The notes under the pieces were generated by a model. The model saw only the letters and a list, made by a program, of their open reading frames with translations. It searched no databases and had not been told where the DNA came from. Of a stretch of DNA of 17,335 nucleotides, positions 15,021-17,335 are shown piece after piece (positions within the stretch are counted from its first letter, which is position 1; each line of letters begins with the position of its first letter). Made by a program: the position numbers and the translations under genes. The DNA comes from Bdellovibrionota bacterium (GTDB lineage Bacteria; Bdellovibrionota_C; UBA2361; JBGSMV01), in the NCBI GenBank assembly GCA_044356455.1, contig JBIKWF010000099.1, positions 1 through 17,335 of the forward strand. Direction: 5' to 3'.

Positions 15021-15189
15021 CAAACAAAAGGGCCTCGCCTAGAGGCAGTCCCTCATTCTTCTCTCCAATGATTATGGGGAGTTTGCTTCCCTTTGAGGCC
15101 TTCGAAAGGGAATAAAGGGCACTACTTTGAACAATTTAGGTATTTTACCTAGGGGTGTGTCCTGCCACCCAGTTGTTCGTATAAAAGAC

Positions 15190-15217
15190 AACCACTAAGA
15201 CCACAGAGACCACTAAG
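15190..15217 (+). repeat. Further copy of the 28-bp triple 9-mer element
   Basis: AACCACTAAGACCACAGAGACCACTAAG is 26/28 identical to 7567-7594. Confidence 0.8.
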
Positions 15218-15245
15218 AAATAAGCGATATAAGGGAGCGGAAGAG

Positions 15246-15662
15246 CTAATGTTTGGAGGTAGGCCTACCCTGCATCACCAAGAGAACCGCTTCCATGGAA
15301 TCTGATTCCCTAAGACGAATGCGGCGAGTTTCCCCGCAGCCCTGACAGCGATGGGTGAGGATCTTCTCCCCCCCTTTGAGTTCTATGGTTTCTGGTTGCA
15401 TGAGGGCCTGACAGGTAGCAAGCCTGTCGCCAGGGCTCACGTCCACGTGTTTTGACCACAGGCAGCTTGGGCAGTGGTTGGTGTAGCCATCGCCCTTTAC
15501 GAGTTGTCCACAGACTGCGCAGGCGAAGTCCTCCTCAGTACGCTGGAATAGGCGCGAGTTCTGGGGCGGACCGGGGCGCGGCTTAGGTTTTGAGGCACGA
15601 CGTTTCACGGGAATTCCAAATGGGCTGTGTCTAAAATGAACAGGCATGTTTCTATCGGACAC
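15246..15662 (-). CDS. RNHCP-domain zinc-binding protein
   Basis: EDFACAVCG...YTNHCPSCLWSKHVD..PGDR...C..LM.P...HRCQGCG. Start uncertain (GTG 15662, ATG 15647 or GTG 15608) because the first two fall inside a repeat. Confidence 0.85.
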   Translation of the reverse strand: MSDRNMPVHFRHSPFGIPVKRRASKPKPRPGPPQNSRLFQRTEEDFACAVCGQLVKGDGYTNHCPSCLWSKHVDVSPGDRLATCQALMQPETIELKGGEKILTHRCQGCGETRRIRLRESDSMEAVLLVMQGRPTSKH

Positions 15663-15669
15663 ACCTCTA
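15626..15669. repeat. Second copy of the right part of the 14213-14329 element
   Basis: TGTGTCTAAAATGAACAGGCATGTTTCTATCGGACACACCTCTA versus 14285-14328 TGTGTCCAAAATGAAGATTTATGTTTCTATGGGACACACTCCTA: 36/44 identical, ungapped. Confidence 0.75.
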
Positions 15670-15746
15670 ACCTAGTGGCAATTTAACAACGCTCCTGTTA
15701 GTTTAAGTTACTACAACTACCAGTTCTTTTCGCTAGTCCGTTTCAC

Positions 15747-17335
15747 ATGACGAAGCAGTTTGTTCACCTGCACCTTCACACCCAGTATAGTCTCCTTGAT
15801 GGGGCTAATAAGTTGCCCGATGTTCTCGAGCAAGCACATGCCCATGGTATGCCGGCTATTGCAATGACCGACCATGGGAATCTGCATGGGGCTTTGGAAT
15901 TTTACTCGGAAGCCAAAAAAATTGGAATTAAGCCCCTCATTGGCTGTGAACTCTATGTAACCTCAGGGTCGAGGTTTGAGCGCAAAATGAAAAGCCAAGG
16001 TGGTTCGAGCACGTTCCATCTTACCGTGCTCGCCAAGGACCTCGAAGGGTATCATAACTTGTGCCGGCTCTCGAGCCTTGCCTACAAGGAGGGCTTCTAC
16101 TTTAAGCCACGCGTCGACCATGAGCTTCTTGAACGCTACAGCAAAGGACTCGTAGTCCTTTCGGGCTGTCTTAATGGTGAGCTCGCGGAGGCTGCGCTTA
16201 TTGACGACCTCTCCGAGTGCCGAAAGAGGGCCGAATATTTTGCGGGGGTTTTTAAGGATAACTTCTACCTTGAGGTCCAGCCGCATGCCATTCCGGAGCA
16301 GCAAAAACTGAATCAAATGTGCGCCGAGCTTGCCAAAGAGCTTGGGCTGCCAATAGTTGCTACGAATGATTGTCACTATCCCGGGAAAGACGACCATTTT
16401 GCGCAAGAAGTATTGATGTGCGTTTCAACGGGCAAACTCATCACCGACCCGGACAGAATTCAGCACATCGGAGTTGATTTGCATCTTAAGACCCATGACG
16501 AAGTCATGGCCGGATTTGGGGACGTTTCTTTTTCGGAAGAAGCTTGTCGCAACACGCTCCTTATCGCCGAGCAATGCAAACTTTCCTTCGATACGACCAA
16601 GCATTACATGCCGTCGTTTAAGCCAGATCCTAAAGCGGAGGTAGCTCCAAGCCAAGAAGAGCTGCTCGAGATCATGGCTGAGAAAGCACGCACGGGCTTG
16701 GATAAGCGCCTCGAGACCATCCGTGTACAGGCGAGTAGCTGGAGTGACGGAGAGGAGCAGCGCTACCGCGAAAGGCTCGAAGAGGAAATTCGTCTCATTA
16801 AGAAGATGGGATTTGCCGGATATTTCCTTGTCGTATCTGACTTTATTGTGTGGGCCAAGGAAAACGGCGTGCCAGTGGGGCCCGGCCGAGGTAGTGCTGC
16901 GGGGTCTCTGGTGGCCTATGCGATGCGCATCACCGACGTAGATCCAATCCAGCATAAGCTACTCTTCGAGCGCTTTCTTAACCCCGAACGTATCTCACTT
17001 CCTGATATCGACGTTGATTTTTGCATTAATGGGCGCGACCGCGTGATTAAGTACGTGGTTGAGCGCTACGGCAAAGATCACGTGGCGCAAATTGCGACTT
17101 TTGGAACGCTCAAAGCAAAAGCTGCCATCAAAGATGTAGGCCGCGCTCTCGGCATGAGCTACGCCGAAACCGATCGCGTTGCGCAGCTGGTTCCCGCGCC
17201 GCGCCAGGGCTTCGAGTATCCCCTTGCTGAGGCGGTGAATATGGAGCCGCGGCTTAAGGACTATGCTTCAGGAGAAGGCAAGCAGCTCATCGATCTTGCC
17301 ATGAAGCTTGAGGGCCTGACGCGCCATTCATCAAC
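15747..17335 (+). CDS. dnaE: DNA polymerase III subunit alpha, 3' end truncated by the window edge
   Basis: Manual translation from ATG 15747: MTKQFVHLHLHTQYSLLDGA (PHP domain), AMTDHGN, KPLIGCE, VATNDCHY, GPGRGSAAGSLVAY, LLFERFLNPERISLPDIDVDF. The start and the PDIDVDF segment were checked to be in the same frame. Confidence 0.97.
   Translation, partial: MTKQFVHLHLHTQYSLLDGANKLPDVLEQAHAHGMPAIAMTDHGNLHGALEFYSEAKKIGIKPLIGCELYVTSGSRFERKMKSQGGSSTFHLTVLAKDLEGYHNLCRLSSLAYKEGFYFKPRVDHELLERYSKGLVVLSGCLNGELAEAALIDDLSECRKRAEYFAGVFKDNFYLEVQPHAIPEQQKLNQMCAELAKELGLPIVATNDCHYPGKDDHFAQEVLMCVSTGKLITDPDRIQHIGVDLHLKTHDEVMAGFGDVSFSEEACRNTLLIAEQCKLSFDTTKHYMPSFKPDPKAEVAPSQEELLEIMAEKARTGLDKRLETIRVQASSWSDGEEQRYRERLEEEIRLIKKMGFAGYFLVVSDFIVWAKENGVPVGPGRGSAAGSLVAYAMRITDVDPIQHKLLFERFLNPERISLPDIDVDFCINGRDRVIKYVVERYGKDHVAQIATFGTLKAKAAIKDVGRALGMSYAETDRVAQLVPAPRQGFEYPLAEAVNMEPRLKDYASGEGKQLIDLAMKLEGLTRHSS

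Noticed and set aside
15747..17335. Intein or frameshift in dnaE
   Set aside because: The expected motifs occur in order with ordinary spacing and the start is in frame with PDIDVDF; no insertion is evident in the visible part.

Overview
Bacterial chromosomal window; the taxon cannot be fixed from sequence alone. Both edges carry partial housekeeping genes: methylmalonate-semialdehyde dehydrogenase (minus strand, left) and DNA polymerase III alpha/dnaE (plus strand, right). The main accessory feature is a GC-richer four-gene plus-strand cluster at 2144-7320: PP2C-type phosphatase, YegI-like Ser/Thr kinase with a large unassigned C-terminal domain, nicotinamidase-like cysteine hydrolase, and vWA/MIDAS protein. 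This is a permuted TerY-P/yegLKI-like triad with an added nicotinamidase. Its leader, spacers and trailer are strongly structured. The 328-nt gap between the nicotinamidase and vWA genes holds eight nearly abutting, sequence-distinct hairpins and is a candidate ncRNA or structured mRNA element. Also present: a divergent stand-alone PrkA/YeaG-like P-loop protein, oligoendopeptidase F, an RNHCP zinc-binding protein, two hypothetical proteins (one behind a sigma-54 consensus promoter), and at least three families of small non-autonomous repeats (GTAG-type REP/REPIN, CACAGAG/CACTAAG 9-mer repeats, CTAG-flanked MITE-like elements). All calls are by eye; no searches or folding were run.
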